Both the position numbers and the translations under genes were made by a program. A DNA stretch of 64,000 nucleotides from Treponemataceae bacterium. GTDB lineage: Bacteria > Spirochaetota > Spirochaetia > Treponematales > Rectinemataceae. Numbering within the stretch: the first letter of the stretch is position 1; each line of letters opens with the position of its first letter. The stretch lies in the NCBI GenBank assembly GCA_963678065.2, contig CAXXVZ010000004.1, positions 704,001 through 768,000 of the forward strand, given 5' to 3'. This document shows, in pieces, positions 39,642 to 48,573 of the stretch. The notes beneath the pieces are model-generated. The model was not told where the DNA came from, did not search any database, and saw only the letters and a list, made by a program, of their open reading frames with translations.

Positions 39642-41147
39642 TCACGCGGCAATAGTTTTCTTCGTCCGCATCTTCTGGATGACGGGGAGAAGGAAGGCTC
39701 CGATGGTGAGGGCGAGGAGGACGAGAGAGATGGGGGATTTGACGAAGACGCTGTAGCTTCCGTTGGAAATGGTCAGCGCCTGGCGGAATTTTTCTTCTAT
39801 CGATCCGCCGACTATCGCTCCGAGCACCATGGGCGAGGTCGGGTAACCGGCCCGTTTCATGAACATGCCAAGGAGTCCGAAAACCACCAGGATGAGGAAG
39901 TCGGGCGTGCTCTGGGAGATGGAGTAGGTGCCGATGAAGGCCAGGGCCAGGACGATCGGGAACAGGATCTTTTCGGGCACCGCGAGAATACGAACAAGAC
40001 CGCCCGCCATGGGGATGTTGATAAAAGCCAGGATAAAGTTGCCGATGATCATGGAGGCGATGACGCCCCAGGCGATTTCGGGACTGTTCTGGAAAAGCAA
40101 GGGACCGGGCTGGAGGCCGAGCATGAGGAGGGCGCCGAGCATAACCGCCGTTGTTCCCGAGCCGGGGATACCGAGGGTCATCATCGGGATGAGAGCACCG
40201 ACCGAAGCCGCGTTGTTGGCCGCTTCGGGGGCGGCGAGGCCTTCGATCGCGCCTTGTCCGAATTCCTTGCCGTGCTTGCAGAGATTCTTTTCCTGATTGT
40301 AGGCCATGATGGCGGCCATCGTCGCCCCGGTTCCGGGAAGGACGCCGATGAGGAAGCCAAGAGGAGTCGACCTGAGGATCGAAGGCCAGGACCGTTTCCA
40401 GTCTTCCCTCGTGATCCAGATCTTTCCGAATTTCTTCTGGATCCTGCCCACTCCCTTGCCGATGCCGCCGAGTCCTTCGAATACCTCGCCAAGGGCGAAG
40501 ATACCGATGATGACGATGAGGAAGTCGATGCCATTCATGAGCGCGAGCTGCCCGAAGGTGAAGCGCTGCAGGCCGGAGAGCGAGTCGATTCCGATCGTCG
40601 AGATGATGAGCCCGAGGAACATGGCGATGAAGCCCTTCACGACCTTGCCTTCTCCCGACATCGTCGCGGTCGCGGAGAGTGCGAACATGTAGAGCATGAG
40701 GTATTCCGCGGGGCCGAACTTGATGGCGAACTGCGCGAGGGGAGCTGCGAGGAAGATCATGAACACGGTCGCGATCATGCCGCCGATGAAGGAGGCGATA
40801 CCTGAAATCGCGAGCGCCGCTTCGGGGCGCTTCAGTTTCGTGGCGAGCGGGTAGCCGTCCCAGCAGGAGGCTATGGCCGCGCCGTCTCCCGGAACATTGA
40901 GGAGGATACTGGCGCGCGAACCGCCGTACATGGCTCCGTAGTAGACACCGGCCATGGTGATGAGGGCTCCGACGGGTCCCATGCTGAAGGTGAGGGGAAG
41001 AAGGACGGCCACGCCGGATGCCGGACCGAGTCCGGGAAGCATGCCGATGATAGTGCCGAGCACGCCGCCGACGGTGACCCACATAATGTTGACAGGCTGG
41101 ATGGCGACGCCGAGCCCCAGCAGCAGATTGTGAAGAATTAAGTCCAT
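39642..41147 (-). CDS. tctA: Tripartite tricarboxylate transporter large permease
   Basis: GMLPGLG, YYGAMYGGS, PEAANNA, TLGIPGS. Confidence 0.95.
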   Translation of the reverse strand: MDLILHNLLLGLGVAIQPVNIMWVTVGGVLGTIIGMLPGLGPASGVAVLLPLTFSMGPVGALITMAGVYYGAMYGGSRASILLNVPGDGAAIASCWDGYPLATKLKRPEAALAISGIASFIGGMIATVFMIFLAAPLAQFAIKFGPAEYLMLYMFALSATATMSGEGKVVKGFIAMFLGLIISTIGIDSLSGLQRFTFGQLALMNGIDFLIVIIGIFALGEVFEGLGGIGKGVGRIQKKFGKIWITREDWKRSWPSILRSTPLGFLIGVLPGTGATMAAIMAYNQEKNLCKHGKEFGQGAIEGLAAPEAANNAASVGALIPMMTLGIPGSGTTAVMLGALLMLGLQPGPLLFQNSPEIAWGVIASMIIGNFILAFINIPMAGGLVRILAVPEKILFPIVLALAFIGTYSISQSTPDFLILVVFGLLGMFMKRAGYPTSPMVLGAIVGGSIEEKFRQALTISNGSYSVFVKSPISLVLLALTIGAFLLPVIQKMRTKKTIAA

Positions 41148-41159
41148 TGCTGTCTCTCC

Positions 41160-41636
41160 TTAAAAATCAAGGAAGGGCATCGGCGGCAGGGTGATGCCGA
41201 GCATCTTACCGAATACAACGTACACCCCGATGGAAAACAGGACGGCCACGATGGTGGGCACGAGCATTTTCTTGCCTTTGGAGATGTAGAGCATGATCGC
41301 CTCGATGAAAACAGTCGTCGCGATGATGTAGCCGAGCGTCTCGAAAACAAGGGCGTAGATAATACAGCCGATCGACACGAAGGCGACGAGCCTGCCCTCG
41401 GGAGTCAGCTTGAAGGAAGCCTTTTTCTGGGCTTTCCCGGCTTTCTGCTTTTTCATCTCCGCCGCGAAGAGCCAGAGGGAGAGGACTACCATTCCTGTCG
41501 CGATTATCAGCGGATAGATTTTTGGAGCGGCGGGATTGCCGAAGGCGGCGTCCGGCAGCCGGAGCGCGGCGACGGCCCATGTCAGGCCGAGAATGGTAAA
41601 AAACAGGTTTGCGATGACCTGAATGTTCAGAATCAT
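41160..41636 (-). CDS. tctB: Tripartite tricarboxylate transporter small membrane subunit
   Basis: 4 TM, P..YP motif, LGYIIAT, position between tctC and tctA. Confidence 0.88.
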   Translation of the reverse strand: MILNIQVIANLFFTILGLTWAVAALRLPDAAFGNPAAPKIYPLIIATGMVVLSLWLFAAEMKKQKAGKAQKKASFKLTPEGRLVAFVSIGCIIYALVFETLGYIIATTVFIEAIMLYISKGKKMLVPTIVAVLFSIGVYVVFGKMLGITLPPMPFLDF

Positions 41637-41663
41637 GCGGTGACCTCACTTTGTAAGAAATAT

Positions 41664-41695
41664 GCTTCGGGAAGGGTGTTGTCCCTTCCCGAAGC
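41664..41695 (-). terminator. Perfect 13-bp stem-loop after tctC
   Basis: GCTTCGGGAAGGG-TGTTGT-CCCTTCCCGAAGC. Confidence 0.65.
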
Positions 41696-41750
41696 CGCCG
41701 CCACTCGCATCCTCGTGGAGAGGGAGGGCGGGCAGATGATCATGCGAGAC

Positions 41751-42740
41751 TTACTTTACGAGAATGCCCAGTTCCTCGAAGGTATCCGCTGCGTCCGTGT
41801 TGGCTTGGTCAAGGAATTTGATGAACTCAGGCTGGTCGAGGTAGGCGGGGGTCCAGGCGTTCTGTTCCATAAGCTTGGCCCAGGTCGCGCTCTTGGAGAG
41901 CTTGGCGAGAGCGTCTCTCCAGAAGGCCACTGCGTAGTCGGGCATGCCGGGGGCTCCGAAGAGTCCACGCCAGTTATAGAAGGCGACGTCGACGCCGGCT
42001 TCCTTGCAGGTCGGGTAAGTCTTCACGATTCCAGTGCCGAAGCGCTCGGGAGCGGTGGTCGCGAGAATCTTGAGATCGCCGGATTCGACGAGACCGCGGA
42101 GTTCGCCGACACCCGCGGAGAACACGTCGATGAAACCGCCCATGAGCTGGGTGGAACCGGAGTTGTCCTGGAAAGCGATGTACTGGATTTTCTTGAGATC
42201 CTTGATTCCGTAGGCCTTGGCCACTTCGAGGAACTGGAGGTGGTCCATGGAGCCGGCCGCGGAGGTTCCTCCGATCTTGACGCTTGTGGGGTCTTTCTTG
42301 AGGGCTTCAAGGACGTCCTTGAGGCTGGTGTACTTGGATTTCTTGCCAATGTAGAAAGCGCCATAGTCGGTGATGAGGCGGGCGAGAGGTGTGAGGTTCT
42401 TGTAGCCGAACTGGGAGGTTCCGTTCAGCTTGATGTAGAGAAGGGGGGGAGAATAGATAACGATGTTGTCGTCGGATTTCTTCTGTCCCTGGAGAAAGGC
42501 GAGGGCGACAGCGCCGCCGCCGCCGGTGCGGTTCTCGACAGGCATGGCGACCGGTACGATCTTGTCATCCTGGAGAGCTTTTGCCGCCATGCGGATGGTG
42601 GTGTCCCAGCCGCCACCGGCGCCGGCAGGGGCGATAAAAGTTATAGGCTTGGAAGGATAGTTTTTCGCCTGGGCGAAAACCGGGAGAGTGATCGCGAGGG
42701 CGCTGATGAGCACGAGCGCGAGAACGATGATACGTTTCAT
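41751..42740 (-). CDS. tctC: Tripartite tricarboxylate transporter binding protein (Bug/TctC)
   Basis: YPSKPI..IAPAGAGGGWD, ENRTGGGG, NWRGLFG. Confidence 0.93.
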   Translation of the reverse strand: MKRIIVLALVLISALAITLPVFAQAKNYPSKPITFIAPAGAGGGWDTTIRMAAKALQDDKIVPVAMPVENRTGGGGAVALAFLQGQKKSDDNIVIYSPPLLYIKLNGTSQFGYKNLTPLARLITDYGAFYIGKKSKYTSLKDVLEALKKDPTSVKIGGTSAAGSMDHLQFLEVAKAYGIKDLKKIQYIAFQDNSGSTQLMGGFIDVFSAGVGELRGLVESGDLKILATTAPERFGTGIVKTYPTCKEAGVDVAFYNWRGLFGAPGMPDYAVAFWRDALAKLSKSATWAKLMEQNAWTPAYLDQPEFIKFLDQANTDAADTFEELGILVK

Positions 42741-42817
42741 GTCGTATCTCCTCCTGTTTGGAAAATCTGATAAAAGGCAGTCGTCCGCTCACAAGTCGGA
42801 CTCCGCCTGAGTTCCCT

Positions 42818-43429
42818 CTACGAAGCGACGGCTTCCGGAACGAATCCGGCCCGGCGCAGGATGCCAAGAAACGCCCCGGCTACCTCGTCGGCCGGATGGA
42901 CACGCCGTCCGGAGCAAACTGCCGCCGAACCACCGCACACGACACAGGTGCGATCAGCGAGGTCCAGCGCGGCGCGGCCGATAGTGCCGGACGGACCTTC
43001 GACGTCGAAATCCCAGAGCCTTCCGAAGGGCAGCTCTTCCTCGAGCGTGACACAGAGGTATTTCACGCGCTCGGGCCGCGCCGCCGAGGAGCGCAGAAGC
43101 CAGAGTGTCCAAGGCCCCAGAACTGTCCGGGCCGAGGCGACACGGACCGGGTTCCAGCCCATCGCCGCCACGGCTATTTCGAAGCGCCGCTCACCTTCCG
43201 CAAAAATGGCAAGAAAGTCCGGTGTGGATCGCAGGGAGGCAGGCGCGACTGGAGAGAGCTGGACGAGGACTCCCGCGCTTGTGTCGGTGGCGCCGCGAAG
43301 GCATTCGTCAGAGGACAGGCCGACTGCCTGCCGGGGAGCAGGAACCCGCGCAAGGACATCGCGTCTGACCGCAGTCCTTCTCTCGCGCTCTGCGAGGACC
43401 TCGTCCAGCGTGGGCTGCGGGACAATCAC
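42818..43429 (-). CDS. citX: Citrate lyase holo-ACP synthase
   Basis: LDEVLAERERR, LEEELPFGRLWDFDV, RTCVVCG...CSGRRVH; GTGA overlap with citF. Confidence 0.88.
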   Translation of the reverse strand: MIVPQPTLDEVLAERERRTAVRRDVLARVPAPRQAVGLSSDECLRGATDTSAGVLVQLSPVAPASLRSTPDFLAIFAEGERRFEIAVAAMGWNPVRVASARTVLGPWTLWLLRSSAARPERVKYLCVTLEEELPFGRLWDFDVEGPSGTIGRAALDLADRTCVVCGGSAAVCSGRRVHPADEVAGAFLGILRRAGFVPEAVAS

Positions 43430-44985
43430 CTCTGCCCTCCGCAAGGACGCCTGATCACGTCGAGAAGGGTGCCGTCGCGGTATTCGACGACGCCGACGAT
43501 TCTCTCGTCGAACTCGAGTGGCGTTGGCACTCCCGTGTACGACTCAGCCAGCTTTTTCAGATCGACGATATCGCGAACCGGGAGCCGGGCACGGGCGAGC
43601 GCATCGGCGAGGTCGGGTCTGCGCGGATTGACGGCGATGCCGCGGTCGGTGACGAGGAGATCGATGCTCTCGCCGGGTGTTATCACGGTGGTGACGCGGT
43701 CCATGACAGTGGGCAGGCGCCCGCGCAACAGAGGCGCGACGACGACGGTGAGACCAGCGCCGGCCGCTGTGTCCGAGTGACCGCCTGAAGCGCCGCGGAT
43801 GACCCCGTCGGAGCCAGTTATAACATTGCAGTTGAAGTCGACATCCATTTCCATTGCGGAGAGAATGACAACGTCGAGATTCTCTACAAACGCTCCCTTT
43901 TTCATGGGGTTGGCGTACTGGGAAGCGTCGATCTCGCGGTGACCGAGATTGGTGGCGAGAGAGCGTGCGGCTTCCCCGTCGAAGCTCTGAGTGTCAAGGA
44001 GGATGGGCACAAGGCCCTCTTCGAGGAGGCGCACGAGCTGGCTCGTAATGCCACCGAGGGCGAAGGAGGCTTTGACGGAGCGCTCGACCATGATATCCCG
44101 GATGTAGCGGATCGCGGCGAGAGAAGCTCCGCCAGACCCCGACTGGAGGGAGAATCCGTTCTTGATGATGCCGGCGGCGTCGATGGCCCGTGCGGCGGTC
44201 TGCGCGATGAGAAGTTCCCGGGGATCGCGGGTCATGCGGGTCGCGCCGCGCGAGATGCCGGCAGGGTCGCCGACGGAGTCGACTTTGATAATGGCGTCGA
44301 CCTCATCCTGGCGGATACTGACCGGGAAGGCGGGATGCCGGATGATTTCTTCCGTGAGGAGGATGACGCGGGAAGCGTTGCGCGCGTCGACCATCGCGTA
44401 GCCGAGAGAGCCGCAGAGGGAGGGCCCGCGCGAACCAGTGGCGTTACCCCAGGGATCGCAAGAAGGCACGCCGAGGAAGGCGACATCAATGTGGAACTCG
44501 CCGCCTTCGAGGGCGCGGGCGCGTCCGCCGTGCGAGTGGATGAGGACGGGCGTGTCCATGAGGCCGCCGGAGATGGCGTCGGCGAGGGGACCTCGAAGGC
44601 CGCTCGTGCGGATCTCGCGGATAAGGCCGCTCTTGATGTGGCCGACCAATGGGGCGTGACAGGTCGTGAGGGAACTCGGCGCAAGGACGAGATCGCGCAG
44701 GCCCCGGCGCGCAAGAGCGTCGAGAATGAGGTTGACGACGCGGTCGCCCTCGCGGAAATGGTGGTGGAAGGAGATTGTCATGCCCGATTCGACTCCTGCC
44801 ACATCGAGGGCGGTGTCGAGGGTCGCGCAGATCTTGGCATCGCTCCGGCGGGAAGAACCCTTCGGCTGGATCCTCGGCGAGCGGGCCGAGCTTCCCTCGT
44901 AAAGAAGGGAGCCGGCTGCGCCGGTCATGTCGGAAAAGCCGGGTATGTTCGTCGGTATGTCGCGCCCAATGCTGTTAAGCGCCAT
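43426..44985 (-). CDS. citF: Citrate lyase alpha subunit (citrate CoA-transferase)
   Basis: TISFHHHFREGD, IHSHGGR, GASGGHSD, VEYRDG. Confidence 0.96.
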   Translation of the reverse strand: MALNSIGRDIPTNIPGFSDMTGAAGSLLYEGSSARSPRIQPKGSSRRSDAKICATLDTALDVAGVESGMTISFHHHFREGDRVVNLILDALARRGLRDLVLAPSSLTTCHAPLVGHIKSGLIREIRTSGLRGPLADAISGGLMDTPVLIHSHGGRARALEGGEFHIDVAFLGVPSCDPWGNATGSRGPSLCGSLGYAMVDARNASRVILLTEEIIRHPAFPVSIRQDEVDAIIKVDSVGDPAGISRGATRMTRDPRELLIAQTAARAIDAAGIIKNGFSLQSGSGGASLAAIRYIRDIMVERSVKASFALGGITSQLVRLLEEGLVPILLDTQSFDGEAARSLATNLGHREIDASQYANPMKKGAFVENLDVVILSAMEMDVDFNCNVITGSDGVIRGASGGHSDTAAGAGLTVVVAPLLRGRLPTVMDRVTTVITPGESIDLLVTDRGIAVNPRRPDLADALARARLPVRDIVDLKKLAESYTGVPTPLEFDERIVGVVEYRDGTLLDVIRRPCGGQR

Positions 44986-44986
44986 G

Positions 44987-45982
44987 TCAGGCCTCCCCGC
45001 CACGCGATGTTTCTGTGGATTCAGGTTTGCCGGCGAATGCCGGAGCGCCGGCCGAAACTTTGACAGAAGCGACCGCCGGGGAATTTGCCGGGGAGCCCGA
45101 ATCGACACCAGCGGCCGCCGCGAGGGCGAGAACTCTCTGCGCGCGCTCGACGATGGGCTTGTCGATCATGCGGCCATCGAGGGAGACGACTCCGGAACCC
45201 TTCTCTTCGGCTTCGCGGGCCGCTTGGATGACGCGGCGCGAGCGCGCGATCTCCTCGGGAGCGGGCGCGTAGACGCCGTGGACGAGGGCTATCTGCGAGG
45301 GGTGGATGACAGACTTGCCGTCGAACCCGAGCTGTTTGGCGAGCCTGACTTCCCGCAGGAAACCTTCCTCATCGTTCACGTTGGAGAAGACGGTATCGAA
45401 AGCCATGATGCCGGCGGCACGTGCGGCCATGACGAGGATGCTCCGTGCGGCGAGGATTTCGATGCCTTCGGGACTGCGGGTCGTGTGCATGTCGGTGACA
45501 AAGTCTTCGGCGCCGATGGCGATTCCTATGAGCCGCGCGCTCGCCTGAGCGATCTCGCGGGCGTTGAGGATTCCGCGCGCCGATTCGATCGCGGCGAGAA
45601 GACCCACAGAGCCGTTCGGCCGCCCACAGCGTTTCTCGGCCGCATCAATCGCGCGTTCCGCCTGAATGACGTCCGCGGCGGAATCGGTCTTGGGCAGACG
45701 GATGATGTCGACTCCGGCGGCGACCACGGCGACGATGTCTTCGATCCCATGAGGACCATCCAAGGCATTCACCCGAACGACGCGTTCGGTACCGAAATAG
45801 TCGATACTCTTGATGGTCTGGAATACGAGGGCCCGGGCCGTATCCTTCTCGCGAGGGGAGACAGCGTCCTCGAGATCGAACATCACTGAATCCGATCCGT
45901 AGATATGAGCGTCGCGGAGCATGGCCGGATTGTTGCCCGGGACGTAGAGCATGGTGCGTCTGAGTCTCTGTCGTATCATCAC
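44987..45982 (-). CDS. citE: Citrate lyase beta subunit (citryl-CoA lyase)
   Basis: RRTMLYVPG, FDLEDAV, GAEDF, GFDGKSVIHP. Confidence 0.96.
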   Translation of the reverse strand: MMIRQRLRRTMLYVPGNNPAMLRDAHIYGSDSVMFDLEDAVSPREKDTARALVFQTIKSIDYFGTERVVRVNALDGPHGIEDIVAVVAAGVDIIRLPKTDSAADVIQAERAIDAAEKRCGRPNGSVGLLAAIESARGILNAREIAQASARLIGIAIGAEDFVTDMHTTRSPEGIEILAARSILVMAARAAGIMAFDTVFSNVNDEEGFLREVRLAKQLGFDGKSVIHPSQIALVHGVYAPAPEEIARSRRVIQAAREAEEKGSGVVSLDGRMIDKPIVERAQRVLALAAAAGVDSGSPANSPAVASVKVSAGAPAFAGKPESTETSRGGEA

Positions 45983-46326
45983 GGCATAGCCTCCCAAGGA
46001 ATCGAGGATGCCGGTCCCGGCGAGACAGCGTTCGCTGCGCCTCGCGAGGAATCCGAACCTGCCGGAGCCGAGGCGCGCAGGCAGGCGGCGGCAAGCCGCG
46101 CCTTGATCGTGCAGTCGAGAGCTCCTTTTTCCTGGAGCCGGACGGTCGCAGCCTCGATGCCGAGAGCCGACAATGTCGCAAGCACTTCCGAGCGTATTTC
46201 GTCGCCGTAGCGGGCGATAGAGGGCCCCGCAAGATCGAGAGTGATGCCGGATGCAGCGGAGTCCACCACGACGAGGGCGTCTCCCGATTCAGCCGTTCCG
46301 GCGCTTCCGCTTCCTGATATTTTCAT
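45979..46326 (-). CDS. citD: Citrate lyase acyl carrier protein (gamma subunit)
   Basis: AGTAESGD (prosthetic-group Ser), EKGALDCTIKAR, IPWE tail. Confidence 0.93.
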   Translation of the reverse strand: MKISGSGSAGTAESGDALVVVDSAASGITLDLAGPSIARYGDEIRSEVLATLSALGIEAATVRLQEKGALDCTIKARLAAACLRASAPAGSDSSRGAANAVSPGPASSIPWEAMP

Positions 46327-46362
46327 GCGTTTTCCTTCACTACAACCCGGGATTCCGCGCCG

Positions 46363-47421
46363 TCAGTGGCGGGAAGAACCGTTCCGGAGGCGTTCAATGA
46401 CGGGTTTTGCTTCGGCTGAAGAGAGCCATTCCCACGTAGTTCGCGGTACCAGATCGCGGACCTTGCGCAGATCGGCTTCGCCCCCTGCGGACCGAAGAAT
46501 ATCTCTGACGGTGGAGGCGCTCACCGCTTTCCCTCCCGACTCCAGGCGTGGCACTTCGACGACTTCGATGCCATTGCGGGGCAGGACTTCCTTCATCACG
46601 GCATTGTAGGCAGAGGTCACCTCGCAGTACGGTTCGGTCCCGACGAAGCGCTTTTTAATCCCGAGGGCTGGAGCGATGTGTCGTGCAAAGAGTTCGAGGT
46701 CGAGGCGGGCTTGTATCGTCGTCGCCCTGCTCTTTTCTTTCAGGTAATACGAGGGAAAAGTGGCCCCTGAGATACAGTAGGATGATCCCGAGACGACTGT
46801 CGCGTTCGCGAGGTCGGCTGTCCCGGCGGCGACGAGAGACTCGCGTACAACCTCGGGAAAGGCCGAACGTTCGCCGGCAAGCACGAAGATGACGAGATTT
46901 GCGGATGCGTCGGAGGCTTTTTCGATGAGGTAGCGGTGACCCAGCGTGAAGGGGTTGCAGTTGACGACGACTGCGCCATCGGCCTTTCCTCCCGGTATGC
47001 GCTTGCGGACACTGTCCAGAAAGGATGCGACTCCGCGCGGACTGTTCTCCATCAGGATCGTATCCGCCCCCGAGGACGCGAGGAGGCGGAAGCCCATGCG
47101 GGAAAAAAGATATTCGTTTGAAGGCCTCGTGTAGACGAAGAGGTGGAAACGCTTCAGGGAAGCCGCTGCGGCGACGAGGTGACTGACAATACGATTGGCG
47201 AGTCCTTCTCCGTCGCGGTCGGGCAGGACGCCGATGCATTTCAGGATATCGCCTGAGAGGGATCCTGTGGCGACGATCCTGTCGTCTTCCTCGATGATCG
47301 CGCAGAGTTCGACATCTTCTTCGAGTTCGAGATCCAAGCCCGCGAGGAATTCCGTGACGGGTCTCCGCTCTGCGGGAGAGGGGCGCTCGATGATTCTGAG
47401 TGAAGTCCGGTATTCATCCAC
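46363..47421 (-). CDS. citC: [Citrate lyase] ligase
   Basis: N-terminal GNAT, VVNCNPFTLGH, SGATFPSY, RFVGTEPYC, SASTVR. Confidence 0.96.
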   Translation of the reverse strand: MDEYRTSLRIIERPSPAERRPVTEFLAGLDLELEEDVELCAIIEEDDRIVATGSLSGDILKCIGVLPDRDGEGLANRIVSHLVAAAASLKRFHLFVYTRPSNEYLFSRMGFRLLASSGADTILMENSPRGVASFLDSVRKRIPGGKADGAVVVNCNPFTLGHRYLIEKASDASANLVIFVLAGERSAFPEVVRESLVAAGTADLANATVVSGSSYCISGATFPSYYLKEKSRATTIQARLDLELFARHIAPALGIKKRFVGTEPYCEVTSAYNAVMKEVLPRNGIEVVEVPRLESGGKAVSASTVRDILRSAGGEADLRKVRDLVPRTTWEWLSSAEAKPVIERLRNGSSRH

Positions 47422-47628
47422 GTTGGCATAATTGTCGTACGAAACGGAAACACGCTGTCGGACTGATCCGGATTGTTTTGTAGGAATGACAGGGAATTAC
47501 CTGTAAGGCTTTGTCCTACAATACAATTTGAGTGAGGAAGGGAACTTGACGGCTTTAGAAAATGGGGTAACACTGCCACTGTTTGCATTCCGGAGGCTGA
47601 ACGCCTTCATCGCCGGAAGGGGATTTCA

Positions 47629-48573
47629 ATGTCGGATAATTTCGAAAAAATGGGACGCATGCTCGAAGCCATGCGTGGAGTAATAGTCGGCAAGGACGAT
47701 GTGATGGAATTGCTGCTCACAGCCTTGCTGGCGGAGGGGCATGTACTGCTCGAAGACGTGCCGGGCCTGGGAAAAACCCTGATGGCCAGGACTCTCGCCA
47801 AAGTCTCAGGCGGTTCCTTCCACCGCGTGCAGTTCACCCCCGATCTTCTGCCCTCTGACATCACCGGGTTCAGCATCTACGACCAGATCAAGGGAGAATT
47901 CCGCTTCCAGGCAGGGCCGGTAATGACAAATGTCTTTCTCGCCGACGAGATAAACCGCACCATACCCAGAACCCAGTCGAGTCTCCTGGAAAGCATGGGA
48001 GAGGGGCAGATCACGGTCGACGGAGTCACCAGGGTGTTGCCTCGCCCCTTCTTTGTCATCGCGACCCAGAATCCCATCGAACTCGAAGGAACCTTCCCGC
48101 TTCCGGAAGCGCAGCTCGACCGCTTTCTCATGAAAATAGGCCTTGGCTATCCGAGCATGATCGAAGAGCTGCTCATCCTCGACCGTTTCCGTTCGAAAGA
48201 TCCTCTCGACGAACTGTGCGCCGTGGTATCGCCACAGGAGGTCGCCGAACTGCAGAGCATGCGCAGGGAGATAACGATTTCGCTTCCGGTCAGAGAGTAC
48301 ATAGCCAGGCTCGTGCAGGCGACGCGCACGGACCCGCGTGTCAGATACGGTTCCAGTCCCCGCGGCTCGCTCGCGCTCATGCGCGCATCCCAGGCTCTCG
48401 CGGCATTGCGCGGACGCGATTTCGTCCTGCCCGACGACGTGAAGGAACTGGCCGTTCCCGTCCTCGGACACCGGATAATCCTGAAACCCGAGGAAAGGCT
48501 CAGGGGAATGAACTCGACGACCATCGTCGCCGGAATCGTCGCTTCGACCCGGATTCAGCCCGAACTAGGATGA
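47629..48573 (+). CDS. MoxR-family AAA+ ATPase
   Basis: HVLLEDVPGLGKT, RVQFTPDLLPSD, ADEINR, ATQNPIE, PEAQLDRF. Confidence 0.96.
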   Translation: MSDNFEKMGRMLEAMRGVIVGKDDVMELLLTALLAEGHVLLEDVPGLGKTLMARTLAKVSGGSFHRVQFTPDLLPSDITGFSIYDQIKGEFRFQAGPVMTNVFLADEINRTIPRTQSSLLESMGEGQITVDGVTRVLPRPFFVIATQNPIELEGTFPLPEAQLDRFLMKIGLGYPSMIEELLILDRFRSKDPLDELCAVVSPQEVAELQSMRREITISLPVREYIARLVQATRTDPRVRYGSSPRGSLALMRASQALAALRGRDFVLPDDVKELAVPVLGHRIILKPEERLRGMNSTTIVAGIVASTRIQPELG

